NCBI GenBank assembly: GCA_035314825.1
Contig: DATFYX010000034.1
Location: 2,036 to 66,035 of the forward strand
DNA from: Candidatus Eremiobacteraceae bacterium
GTDB taxonomy: Bacteria > Vulcanimicrobiota > Vulcanimicrobiia > Eremiobacterales > Eremiobacteraceae
DNA: 64,000 nucleotides
Direction of reading: 5' to 3'
The number at the start of each line of letters is the position of its first letter. The first letter of the stretch is position 1. Under the pieces are notes generated by a model that ran no database searches, was not told the origin of the DNA, and was given only the letters and a program-made list of their open reading frames with translations. Made by a program: the position numbers and the translations under genes. This document shows, piece after piece, positions 44,676 to 52,112 of this stretch.

Positions 44676-45078
44676 CCCGGTCGACCTCTTGCGCTACCAT
44701 CTTCATGACGATCTCGGTGCCGCTGACGACTGAATCGATGCCGAGCTCTTCGAAGATCTGCTTGTTCTTCGGATTGTTGACGCGAGCGATCGTGCGCGGC
44801 TTGGTGAACCTTTTCTTGGTGATCAGGCAGATGACCAGGTTGTCCTCGTCGTCTCCCGTGTCCGCGATGACGACGTCGGCGCGCTCGGCGCCGGCCTCCT
44901 CGAGGACGAGCGGGTCGCAACCGTCGCCGATCTGGGCGATCTCCGCGTTGATCGTCTGCGCGAGCGCCTGCGCTTTGCGATCCACTTTTTCGATCACGAC
45001 GACCTCGTGCTTGGCCTCGAGCAGCGCACGCGCGAGATAGGTCCCGAGTTTGCCGCCGCCGACGACGATGATGAACAT
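44656..45078 (-). CDS. TrkA-N (RCK N-terminal, NAD-binding) domain protein
   Basis: IIVVGGGKLGTYLARALLEAKHEVVVIE Rossmann motif. 140 aa, with no TrkA-C domain. Confidence 0.8.
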   Translation of the reverse strand: MFIIVVGGGKLGTYLARALLEAKHEVVVIEKVDRKAQALAQTINAEIAQIGDGCDPLVLEEAGAERADVVIADTGDDEDNLVICLITKKRFTKPRTIARVNNPKNKQIFEELGIDSVVSGTEIVMKMVAQEVDRASRSPA

Positions 45079-45081
45079 CGG

Positions 45082-45741
45082 CTAACGCGCCGCCAGCGCG
45101 GGGGCGATCAGCTTGCGGAACTCGGGCTCGGCTTCGGGCGCGACGATGGCGACCACTCGATCGCCGCCGCGCAGGCGCAGATCGCCCGATGGGATGAGGC
45201 TCGCTCCGTTGCGCACCACGACGCAGGCGCGCGTCTTGCCCGCCAGGGTGAGGTCGTCGACCGAGAGTCCCGCCAGCTCGTCGGTGACGAGGAACTCGAC
45301 GACTTCGACGTCGTGGCGTTCGTAGGGGAGCTTGCGGTACGTCTCTTGCAGCAGCGCGGTGGCCATCTGGTGCGCGCCGACGGTGGTCGGACACACGGTG
45401 AGCACGCCGAAATCGCGATACATCGCCGCGCGCATCGGGTCGTAGATGCGCGCGACCACGGTCTTGACCTTGAAATGATGCTTGGCGATGAGCGCCGCCA
45501 TGATGTTGCGGTTGTCGCCCTGCGTGCACGTCGCCATGCCGTCCGCGCGCTCGATGCCGGCGCGGCACAGCACGTCGACATCGATGCCGGTCCCCAAGAC
45601 CATCTTGCCGGGGAAGTCGCGGCCCAGGCGTTTGAACGCGGCCGAGTTCTCGTCGACGACGGTGACATCATGACCCGCGCGCGCGAGCCGTTTCGCCAAG
45701 GTAGAGCCGACACGGCCGCACCCGACGATCAAGTAATTCAT
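45082..45741 (-). CDS. TrkA/KtrA-type potassium transport regulatory protein (TrkA-N + TrkA-C)
   Basis: LIVGCGRVGSTLAKRLARAGHDVTVVD Rossmann motif, plus a C-terminal TrkA-C-like segment (VVEFLVTDELAGLSVDDL...GDRVVAIV). Confidence 0.8.
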   Translation of the reverse strand: MNYLIVGCGRVGSTLAKRLARAGHDVTVVDENSAAFKRLGRDFPGKMVLGTGIDVDVLCRAGIERADGMATCTQGDNRNIMAALIAKHHFKVKTVVARIYDPMRAAMYRDFGVLTVCPTTVGAHQMATALLQETYRKLPYERHDVEVVEFLVTDELAGLSVDDLTLAGKTRACVVVRNGASLIPSGDLRLRGGDRVVAIVAPEAEPEFRKLIAPALAAR

Positions 45742-45847
45742 GTAGGCGCGGTCGTTTCTGGTCGCGTTCGCGCGCGCCCTCCGGCGAACGCGTCAAAACC
45801 TCCAAGGAGCGGCCGAGCGGCCGGACGAACGGAGAGCGGCCACAGTC

Positions 45848-45922
<75 letters not shown>

Positions 45923-45956
45923 TAGGCTTTGGCATTCCGGAGATCCATCAAACGCG

Positions 45957-46358
45957 GTGTTCACCCGATTCAGCCCCGCGGCACAGGGCGTCGTCCACCT
46001 GGCAGAACAAGAGTGCCGCAACGCGAGCCACTACTACTTAGGCACGGAACACCTCTTGCTCGCGATGGCGATCGCGCCGCCGGCCGACGTCAGCGCGTAT
46101 TTCGAATCGATCGGCGCGCAGCCATGGGAGATCAAACGCGCGCTGCGCTCGGCGATGGATCCGCCGTGCGAGCACCCGTGGGAAGGGATCATCATCACGC
46201 CACGGGTCAGACGGTTGTTCGACGACCTGACAAGCGCGCTCGGCGCCGACGCGCGCATCGAACCAGTGGACGTGCTGCGCGCCATCGTCGCGGACGGCGG
46301 TGGCGTGGCGGCGCGCGTGCTGACGGCCTGGACGTCGCCATCGCCGGCGCGACACTAG
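45957..46358 (+). CDS. Stand-alone Clp N-terminal (Clp_R) domain protein
   Basis: (M)FTRFSPAAQGVVHLAEQECRNASHYYLGTEHLLLAM... matches the ClpA/B/C N-domain repeat. GTG 45957 is the first start after the tRNA; the ORF-track start overlaps the tRNA. Confidence 0.7.
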   Translation: MFTRFSPAAQGVVHLAEQECRNASHYYLGTEHLLLAMAIAPPADVSAYFESIGAQPWEIKRALRSAMDPPCEHPWEGIIITPRVRRLFDDLTSALGADARIEPVDVLRAIVADGGGVAARVLTAWTSPSPARH

Positions 46359-46364
46359 GCAGGC

Positions 46365-46994
46365 ATGCACGTCCTCGAAGCAGTTTCGCAGTTCGTCCTA
46401 GACCTCATCACCCGGCTCGGCTACACCGGCTTGTTCGCGGGCATGTTCGGCCAGGCGGTCGGCGTGCCGTTGCCGAGCGAGCTCATGATGGGCTTCGGCG
46501 GCTACCTCGCCTTCGCGCATACGTTCAACTTCTTGGCGGTCGTGCTGGTGGGCACGGGCGGCGATACGCTCGGCGCAGTGGTCGCCTACTGGATCGGCTA
46601 CTACGGCGGGCGGCCGCTGCTGACGCGCTTCGGGCGTTTCTTCTTCATCGCGCAGCGCGAGTTGGCGGCGGCCGATGCGTGGTTCGCGCGCTTCGGCAGC
46701 CGCGCGGTGCTGATCTGCAAGCTGCTGCCCGGCATCCGCGCCTTCGGCTCGTACCCTGCCGGCGTGACGCGCATGAATTTCGGCGTGTTCTTGGGCTACA
46801 CCGCGATGGGCTCGGCGGCGTTCTGCACGCTCTTCGCCGAGGCGGGCTATCATCTGGGCAAGCATTGGGACCTCATCATCGAGCAGATCAAGCCCATCAG
46901 CATCGTGCTGCTGGCGGCGCTCGCCATCGGCATCGCCATCTGGCTCGTCGTGCGCGCGCGCATGGAAAAGGCCGGCGGCTCGAGCGCCGCGTAA
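46365..46994 (+). CDS. DedA family membrane protein
   Basis: LGYTGLFAGMFGQAVGVPLPSELMMGFGGYLA and LLPGIRAFGSYPAGV motifs. Confidence 0.85.
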   Translation: MHVLEAVSQFVLDLITRLGYTGLFAGMFGQAVGVPLPSELMMGFGGYLAFAHTFNFLAVVLVGTGGDTLGAVVAYWIGYYGGRPLLTRFGRFFFIAQRELAAADAWFARFGSRAVLICKLLPGIRAFGSYPAGVTRMNFGVFLGYTAMGSAAFCTLFAEAGYHLGKHWDLIIEQIKPISIVLLAALAIGIAIWLVVRARMEKAGGSSAA

Positions 46995-47010
46995 GACCCA
47001 CCTCATCCCA

Positions 47011-48855
47011 GTGATCTCATTGCAAGAGCAGCTCGAACGGCTGCCCGCCGAGCCTGGCGTCTACCAAATGCTCGACCCCGACGGCGAGGTGCTCTACGTC
47101 GGCAAGGCGATCGATCTGCGCACGCGCGTGCGTTCGTATTTCCAGCCCGGGCGCGCCCACCACGCGCGCACCGATGCGATGGTCGAGCGCGTGGCCGGCG
47201 TGCGCACGATCATCGTCAAGAGCGAGGCCGAGGCGCTGCTGCTCGAGGCGACGCTCATCAAGCAGTACAAGCCGCCGTTCAACGTCAGGCTCAAAGACGA
47301 CAAGAAGTATCCGTATCTCAAAGTGACGCTGGGCGAGTCGTATCCGCGCGTCATCTTCACGCGCAAGCTCGTCGACGACGGCAGCCGCTACTACGGGCCG
47401 TACACCAACGCCGCCGTCCTGCGCGATTCGATCAATCTCATCCGCCGCGTGTTCCCGTTGCGCACCTGCCGGCTCGACGACATCGGCATCAAGCCGCACC
47501 GCCCATGCCTGCAGTACCACATCAAACGCTGCATGGCGCCGTGCGCCGGTTTGCAGACGCGCGACGAGTACGCCGCGATCGTGGCGGACGTGGTGCTGTT
47601 CCTGGAAGGCCGCCAGGCGCTGCTGGTCGAGCGGCTCGAGCAGCAGATGCACGACGCCGCCGAGCACTTTTCGTATGAGTTCGCGGCCCGTTTGCGCGAC
47701 CGGATCGCCGAGATCAAGCGCGTCATGGCGCGACAAGAGGTGGTCTGGCGCAGCAAGATCGACATGGACCTGGTGGCCGGCGCCCACGGCCAAGGCGTGT
47801 CGTGCATGGAAGTGTTCTTCGTGCGCGCCGGCAAGCTCGTCGGCCAAGAGCACTTCATCGTCGAGGGCACGGAAGGGCGCTCGCCTGACGAGATCCTCGC
47901 GAGCTTCGTGGCGCAATATTACGCGACGGCGCCCAACGTGCCCAAGGAATTGATGCTCGAGGCCGCGGTGCCGGACCGACGCGCGCTGTGCGACGCGCTC
48001 TCGCTGCGGCGCGGCAACCGCGTGCGCGTGCTCGTGCCGCGCCGCGGTCAGCGCGCCGATTTCATGGAGACGGTGCGGCGCAACGCCGAACAGCATCTCA
48101 AAGAATTTCTCACCACGAGCGCGGTGGCGCGCGAGCGCTCCAGCGTCGCGCTCGAGGAGCTCGCCGCAGCGCTCGCCCTGCCGGCGGTCCCGACCCGCAT
48201 CGAATGCTATGACATCTCACACGTCTCGGGCACCAACGTCGTCGGCTCGATGGTCGTGTTCGAAGAAGGCAAGCCGTCCAAGTCCGACTACCGGCGTTTC
48301 AAGATCCAGGGCGTCGAAGTCAACGACGACCCTGCGAACATGGCGCAGATGTTGCGCCGGCGGCTGCGCTACATCTCGCCCGACGTCGAGGTCGGCGGCA
48401 AGGACAAGAAATTCGCCAAGCGCCCGAACTTGCTGCTCATCGACGGCGGCCGCGCGCAGCTCGACGCTGCGCTCAGGGTCCTCGCCGAGCTCGACTTAGT
48501 GGCCGTGCCGGTCGCTGCGCTGGCCAAGCAGTTCGAGGAGCTGTACCTTCCCGGCGAGGACGAGCCCGTGCTGCTGCCGCGCAATTCGCCGGCGCTGCAC
48601 TTGGTCCAGCGCATCCGCGATGAGGCGCACCGGTTCGCGGTGGCGTATCATCGCAAGCTGCGCGGCAAAGCGCAAGTCGTGTCAGGGCTCGACGGCGTGC
48701 CGGGGGTGGGCCCCGCGCGCAAGCGGGCGCTGGTGCGGGCGTTCGGCTCTGCGGCAGCAGTCAAGCGAGCGTCGGCGGCCGAGCTCGCGGCGGTGCCGGG
48801 CATCAGCCCGGCTTTGGCCGAATCGATCCTCGACGCGCTCAACCAGCGCACGTAA
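47011..48855 (+). CDS. uvrC: Excinuclease ABC subunit C
   Basis: N-terminal GIY-YIG (PGVYQMLDPDGEVLYVGKAIDLRTRVRSYF), UVR domain, endonuclease V-like domain, and C-terminal (HhH)2 (GVPGVGPARKRALVRAFGS). Confidence 0.95.
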   Translation: MISLQEQLERLPAEPGVYQMLDPDGEVLYVGKAIDLRTRVRSYFQPGRAHHARTDAMVERVAGVRTIIVKSEAEALLLEATLIKQYKPPFNVRLKDDKKYPYLKVTLGESYPRVIFTRKLVDDGSRYYGPYTNAAVLRDSINLIRRVFPLRTCRLDDIGIKPHRPCLQYHIKRCMAPCAGLQTRDEYAAIVADVVLFLEGRQALLVERLEQQMHDAAEHFSYEFAARLRDRIAEIKRVMARQEVVWRSKIDMDLVAGAHGQGVSCMEVFFVRAGKLVGQEHFIVEGTEGRSPDEILASFVAQYYATAPNVPKELMLEAAVPDRRALCDALSLRRGNRVRVLVPRRGQRADFMETVRRNAEQHLKEFLTTSAVARERSSVALEELAAALALPAVPTRIECYDISHVSGTNVVGSMVVFEEGKPSKSDYRRFKIQGVEVNDDPANMAQMLRRRLRYISPDVEVGGKDKKFAKRPNLLLIDGGRAQLDAALRVLAELDLVAVPVAALAKQFEELYLPGEDEPVLLPRNSPALHLVQRIRDEAHRFAVAYHRKLRGKAQVVSGLDGVPGVGPARKRALVRAFGSAAAVKRASAAELAAVPGISPALAESILDALNQRT

Positions 48856-48879
48856 GGGCAAGAAAGCGAGACCGACTCT

Positions 48880-49812
48880 ATGACCATCTGGAAAACGGCC
48901 GGCGCCGCGCTCGCCGCGACCATCCTTGCCGCGTGCGCGAACAACGGCTCATCTCCGACGCCGGCGCAATACCACCAGCGGCTCTTCGTCGGCGATTTCG
49001 CGGCCGGCGGCGCGACATCGAGCGTCGTCGCCTACGTCTATCCGCTCGCCAGCACGAGCGCGCCGAACTCGACCGTGCCCTCGGCGCACGGCCCGAACGG
49101 CACGCGCGGCCTCGCGTTCGACTTCGCCGACGATCTGTTCATCGCCAACTCGTCGAACAACACGGTCAATGGCTACGTGCCACTCGTCGGCGACAGCAGC
49201 ACCCCCACCCTCACGCTCGTCAACGGGATCCAGCAGCCGCAAGATATCACTTTTGACGGCTCGGGCAATCTTTACGTCACGAATCTCACCGGCGGCACCT
49301 GCGGGAACGGCGTGGTCACGGTATACGCAGCTCCGTTCGCCAATACCAGCGTGCCAGTCGCGTCGTTCTGCAACGGCCTGAACGGTCCGGAGGGCATATC
49401 GCCCGACGGTCTCGGCGACATGTGGGTCGCCAACTCGATCGGCGGCACGGTGACCGCGTACAAGCTGCCGGTCTCCGCGGCGAGCACCCCGTACGTCACG
49501 CTGGCCAATGGGCTGACCAAGCCGGTCGCGCTGACGTTTGACGGGTCGGGGGCACTCTACGTCGCCGACAACGCCAAAAACCAGATCGCCGTATTCACGG
49601 GAACCATCACGAGCGCGAGCAGCCCGGCGTTCGTCATCTCCAACGGCATCAGCGCGCCGGCCTACCTGGCGTTCGACCCGAACGGCTTTCTCTACGTATC
49701 GAACGCCGCGAACATCGCCATCTACCAGGCGCCGTTCTCGTCGTCGAGCGCTCCGGTCTTCACCATCACCACGGGGCTGAGCACCCCGGTCGGGCTGGCG
49801 ATCGGCTACTAG
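48880..49812 (+). CDS. NHL-repeat beta-propeller lipoprotein
   Basis: Lipobox ILAAC. About six repeats of the form G(L/I)xxPxGLAFDxxGxLYVxN (for example GLTKPVALTFDGSGALYVADN). Confidence 0.7.
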   Translation: MTIWKTAGAALAATILAACANNGSSPTPAQYHQRLFVGDFAAGGATSSVVAYVYPLASTSAPNSTVPSAHGPNGTRGLAFDFADDLFIANSSNNTVNGYVPLVGDSSTPTLTLVNGIQQPQDITFDGSGNLYVTNLTGGTCGNGVVTVYAAPFANTSVPVASFCNGLNGPEGISPDGLGDMWVANSIGGTVTAYKLPVSAASTPYVTLANGLTKPVALTFDGSGALYVADNAKNQIAVFTGTITSASSPAFVISNGISAPAYLAFDPNGFLYVSNAANIAIYQAPFSSSSAPVFTITTGLSTPVGLAIGY

Positions 49813-49851
49813 CGGCAGGGCGTGGCGAGGCCTCGAGGGAACCCGCGGCCC

Positions 49852-50235
49852 ATGCACTTACTCGTACGGTTCATCATCAACGCTTTGGCGGTGCTGGCCA
49901 TCTCGTATTGGCCCTGGCACGTCATGGGCATACACAGCGACGGGTGGCTGCCGGCGGTCGAGGCCGCGGTCGTGCTTGGCATCGCCAACGCCATCATCCG
50001 CCCGATCCTGATGCTGCTCACCTGCCCGCTGATCGTCCTGACGCTTGGCATCGGCACGTTGTTCATCAACGCGCTGATCTTCTATTACGGCTTGCGCTGG
50101 ATCCCGGGATTCACCGTTCCGGGGTTCTGGGCGGCGTTCTGGGGCGCGATCGTCGTAACGGTCATCTCGTGGGTGCTCTCGCTCATCATCCGCGAGCCTG
50201 AGGATCAGCGGCCGCAGCGCCAGACGACCAACTAG
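49852..50235 (+). CDS. Phage-holin-family-4-like (YvlD-type) small membrane protein
   Basis: LVRFIINALAVLAISYW...VLGIANAIIRPILMLLTCPLIVLTLGIGTLFINALIFY... 4 TM segments. GTG 49822 is an alternative start. Confidence 0.65.
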   Translation: MHLLVRFIINALAVLAISYWPWHVMGIHSDGWLPAVEAAVVLGIANAIIRPILMLLTCPLIVLTLGIGTLFINALIFYYGLRWIPGFTVPGFWAAFWGAIVVTVISWVLSLIIREPEDQRPQRQTTN

Positions 50236-50240
50236 CCCGA

Positions 50241-50270
50241 TTGCGTTAGGCGGGCCTTTCGGGGTAAGAT
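50241..50270 (+). promoter_or_regulatory. Candidate sigma70-type promoter of ssrA (TTGCGT-N18-TAAGAT)
   Basis: -35 at 50241-50246 and -10 at 50265-50270. The mature tmRNA 5' end lies 12 nt downstream of the -10. Confidence 0.35.
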
Positions 50271-50281
50271 ATACCGGTCGC

Positions 50282-50634
50282 GGGGGCGTCACGGTCTCGA
50301 CGGGTTGTGCCCTGGCGAAGGAAGCAAGCGGAGTTCCGAGCTCTCCTTAAACGATCGGACAACGTATAAACGCGAATAGCGAATACGCACTAGCAGCCTA
50401 ATCTAGGCTAGCTACGGCCGCGGGGCAACGGCGCCGGCACGGGCCCGCGGACGTCACACAAGACGGCTTACGATTCCGGGTGTCTCGACGGGATCGGACA
50501 ATGAATCGGGGCTGGCGGCCGCGGCAATCGAGCTCGGAGAGTACGCGGTCGCGAGATCAAAACCCGAGCTAAGCTTGTAGATGCCTTCGTGGGGGTCTTC
50601 TCGGACACCGGTTCAACTCCGGTCGCCTCCACCA
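50282..50634 (+). ncRNA. ssrA: tmRNA (SsrA); tag reading frame 50372-50401 encodes ANSEYALAA*
   Basis: 5' GGGGGCGTCACGGTCTCGACGGG and 3' GGACACCGGTTCAACTCCGGTCGCCTCCACCA form an alanine-tRNA-like acceptor with a G3:U70 pair. The internal frame GCG AAT AGC GAA TAC GCA CTA GCA GCC TAA has the canonical YALAA end. Confidence 0.95.
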
Positions 50635-50637
50635 GCT

Positions 50638-50659
50638 TCCCGGGCTCGAGAGCCCGGGA
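50638..50659 (+). terminator. Perfect 9-bp hairpin directly after ssrA (TCCCGGGCT-CGAG-AGCCCGGGA), no U-tract
   Basis: Direct reading. Begins 4 nt after the tmRNA CCA end. Confidence 0.45.
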
Positions 50660-50667
50660 CTACATAT

Positions 50668-51507
50668 ATGGGAATTATTCTTGCATTGGCGGCGGCGTTC
50701 GTCTACGGCGCCGCTGACTTTTTTGGGGGACTGGCGGCCAAGCGCAACGTCGTGTGGCCGGTCGTCTTCGTTTCGGGCGCGGTGGGTCTCGTGACAGCGC
50801 TCGCCGCAGTGATGCTGCTCCGCGGCGGCGCGCCATCGCCGCGCGACTTGGGGCTGGGCGCGCTCATAGGCATCGTCGGCATCGTCGGCATCGCCGCGTT
50901 GTATCGAGGCCTTGCGATCGCCCGCATGAGCGTCGTCGCGCCGATCACCGCGGTGGTGGCCGCCGTCGTGCCGATCGCATACGGCGTGTTGCGCGGGGAG
51001 CGCCCATCGGGCCTGGCGATTCTCGGCATCGTCCTTGCGCTGGGAGCCGTCGCGCTGGTGTCGAGGTCCAGTGACGAAGACGTTGCCGGTGATCCGGAGC
51101 CCAGCCGCGCCGGCTTGCTCCTCGCACTGCTCAGCGGCTTGGGTTTTGGCTTCGTCTACGTTCTGCTCGCCGCCAGCTCGCGCGGCGTCTGGCCGCTCGT
51201 CGCCTCGCGTACGATGTTCGTCTTGTGCACGGGGCTCATCGTGTGGCGCATGCGCCCTGCGGTGCTGCTCGCGCCGGGCACAGCCCTATGGACCGTGCTC
51301 AGCGGCGCGCTCGACATGAGCGCGAACATGCTGTACCTCCTCGCGCTGCGCCACACGTTGGTGGCGATCGCCGCCGTCCTCGCCTCGCTGTATCCGGCGA
51401 GCACCGTGATGCTCGCGCGCATCGTGCTGCACGAGCGGCTTCACGCGGTGCAATGGGCCGGCGTCGCCTGTGCGCTGGCCGGCGTCGTGCTGTTGGCGCA
51501 CGGCTGA
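50668..51507 (+). CDS. EamA/DMT-superfamily transporter
   Basis: MGIILALAAAFVYGAADFFGG... About ten hydrophobic helices in two repeated halves. The ORF-track start 50581 lies inside the tmRNA. Confidence 0.8.
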   Translation: MGIILALAAAFVYGAADFFGGLAAKRNVVWPVVFVSGAVGLVTALAAVMLLRGGAPSPRDLGLGALIGIVGIVGIAALYRGLAIARMSVVAPITAVVAAVVPIAYGVLRGERPSGLAILGIVLALGAVALVSRSSDEDVAGDPEPSRAGLLLALLSGLGFGFVYVLLAASSRGVWPLVASRTMFVLCTGLIVWRMRPAVLLAPGTALWTVLSGALDMSANMLYLLALRHTLVAIAAVLASLYPASTVMLARIVLHERLHAVQWAGVACALAGVVLLAHG

Positions 51508-51547
51508 GGCGAGCGGCCAAGCGCACGCGAGGACCGAACAGCCGTTC

Positions 51548-51576
51548 TTGCGTTGCCAGCGTCGATACGGTAGGAT
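51548..51576 (+). promoter_or_regulatory. Candidate promoter TTGCGT-N17-TAGGAT, 11 nt upstream of the GerMN gene ATG (would give a near-leaderless mRNA)
   Basis: -35 at 51548-51553 and -10 at 51571-51576. There is no SD between the -10 and ATG 51588. Confidence 0.3.
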
Positions 51577-51587
51577 AGGCACTAGAC

Positions 51588-52112
51588 ATGAGCTGTCCCC
51601 AGCCTCGCGCGAACTCTCTCATCGCTGCCGTCGTGGCGGCGATGCTCGTGTTGGCAGGCGGTTGCACCAAAAAACCGCCGCCGATCGTGCAGCCGCAAGG
51701 CCATTTCACCGTCGATTTCGTCGACGCCGGCACCGAAGCGCTTGCCCCGGTCGACTACACGGTCGATCCAAATCTGCACGGCGAAGGCCTCGCCGACTAC
51801 GCCGCGACCCAGTTGCTGGCCGGGCCGGCCACCGGGCGCGACGCGGTCGTGCTGTTCCCCGCCGGCACGACGCTCAACGTGACGGTCCAGGATGACACGG
51901 CGGTCGTCGACATCGAGGGCGCGCTCGCCAAAGCCTATAGCGGCGGCGCCGACGACGAATCGGCGATGTTCAAGTCGCTGGTCTACACCCTCACGAACGT
52001 CCCCGGCATCGCACGCGTCCAAGTATTGGTCGGCGGAAAGAAACGCGCGGCGTTGCCCGGCGGTCACATGGAGCTCGACGAGCCGCTGACAAGGGAGTCG
52101 TTCGCGCAGTGA
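51588..52112 (+). CDS. GerMN-domain lipoprotein
   Basis: Lipobox LAGGC. AATQLLAGP..., ...TAVVDIEGAL..., ...SLVYTLTNVPGIARVQVLVGGKK... match the GerMN pattern. Confidence 0.7.
   Translation: MSCPQPRANSLIAAVVAAMLVLAGGCTKKPPPIVQPQGHFTVDFVDAGTEALAPVDYTVDPNLHGEGLADYAATQLLAGPATGRDAVVLFPAGTTLNVTVQDDTAVVDIEGALAKAYSGGADDESAMFKSLVYTLTNVPGIARVQVLVGGKKRAALPGGHMELDEPLTRESFAQ

Noticed and set aside
45764-45793. 9-bp hairpin CGCGTTCGC...GCGAACGCG upstream of trkA and tRNA-Pro as a regulatory element
   Set aside because: It is a single GC-rich stem in a GC-rich spacer with no T-tract, no repeat elsewhere in the window and no recognisable riboswitch core. The evidence is insufficient.
50660-50690. AT-rich patch ACATATATGGGAATTATTC after ssrA as a dif/Xer or att site
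   Set aside because: It does not match the dif consensus arms. It is simply the RBS-less start region of the EamA gene following the ssrA terminator.
49852-51507. Prophage or genomic island integrated at ssrA (holin-like gene next to tmRNA)
   Set aside because: The holin-family-4-like gene lies upstream of ssrA, not downstream. There is no integrase, no duplicated ssrA 3' end, no phage structural genes, and no compositional break visible by eye.
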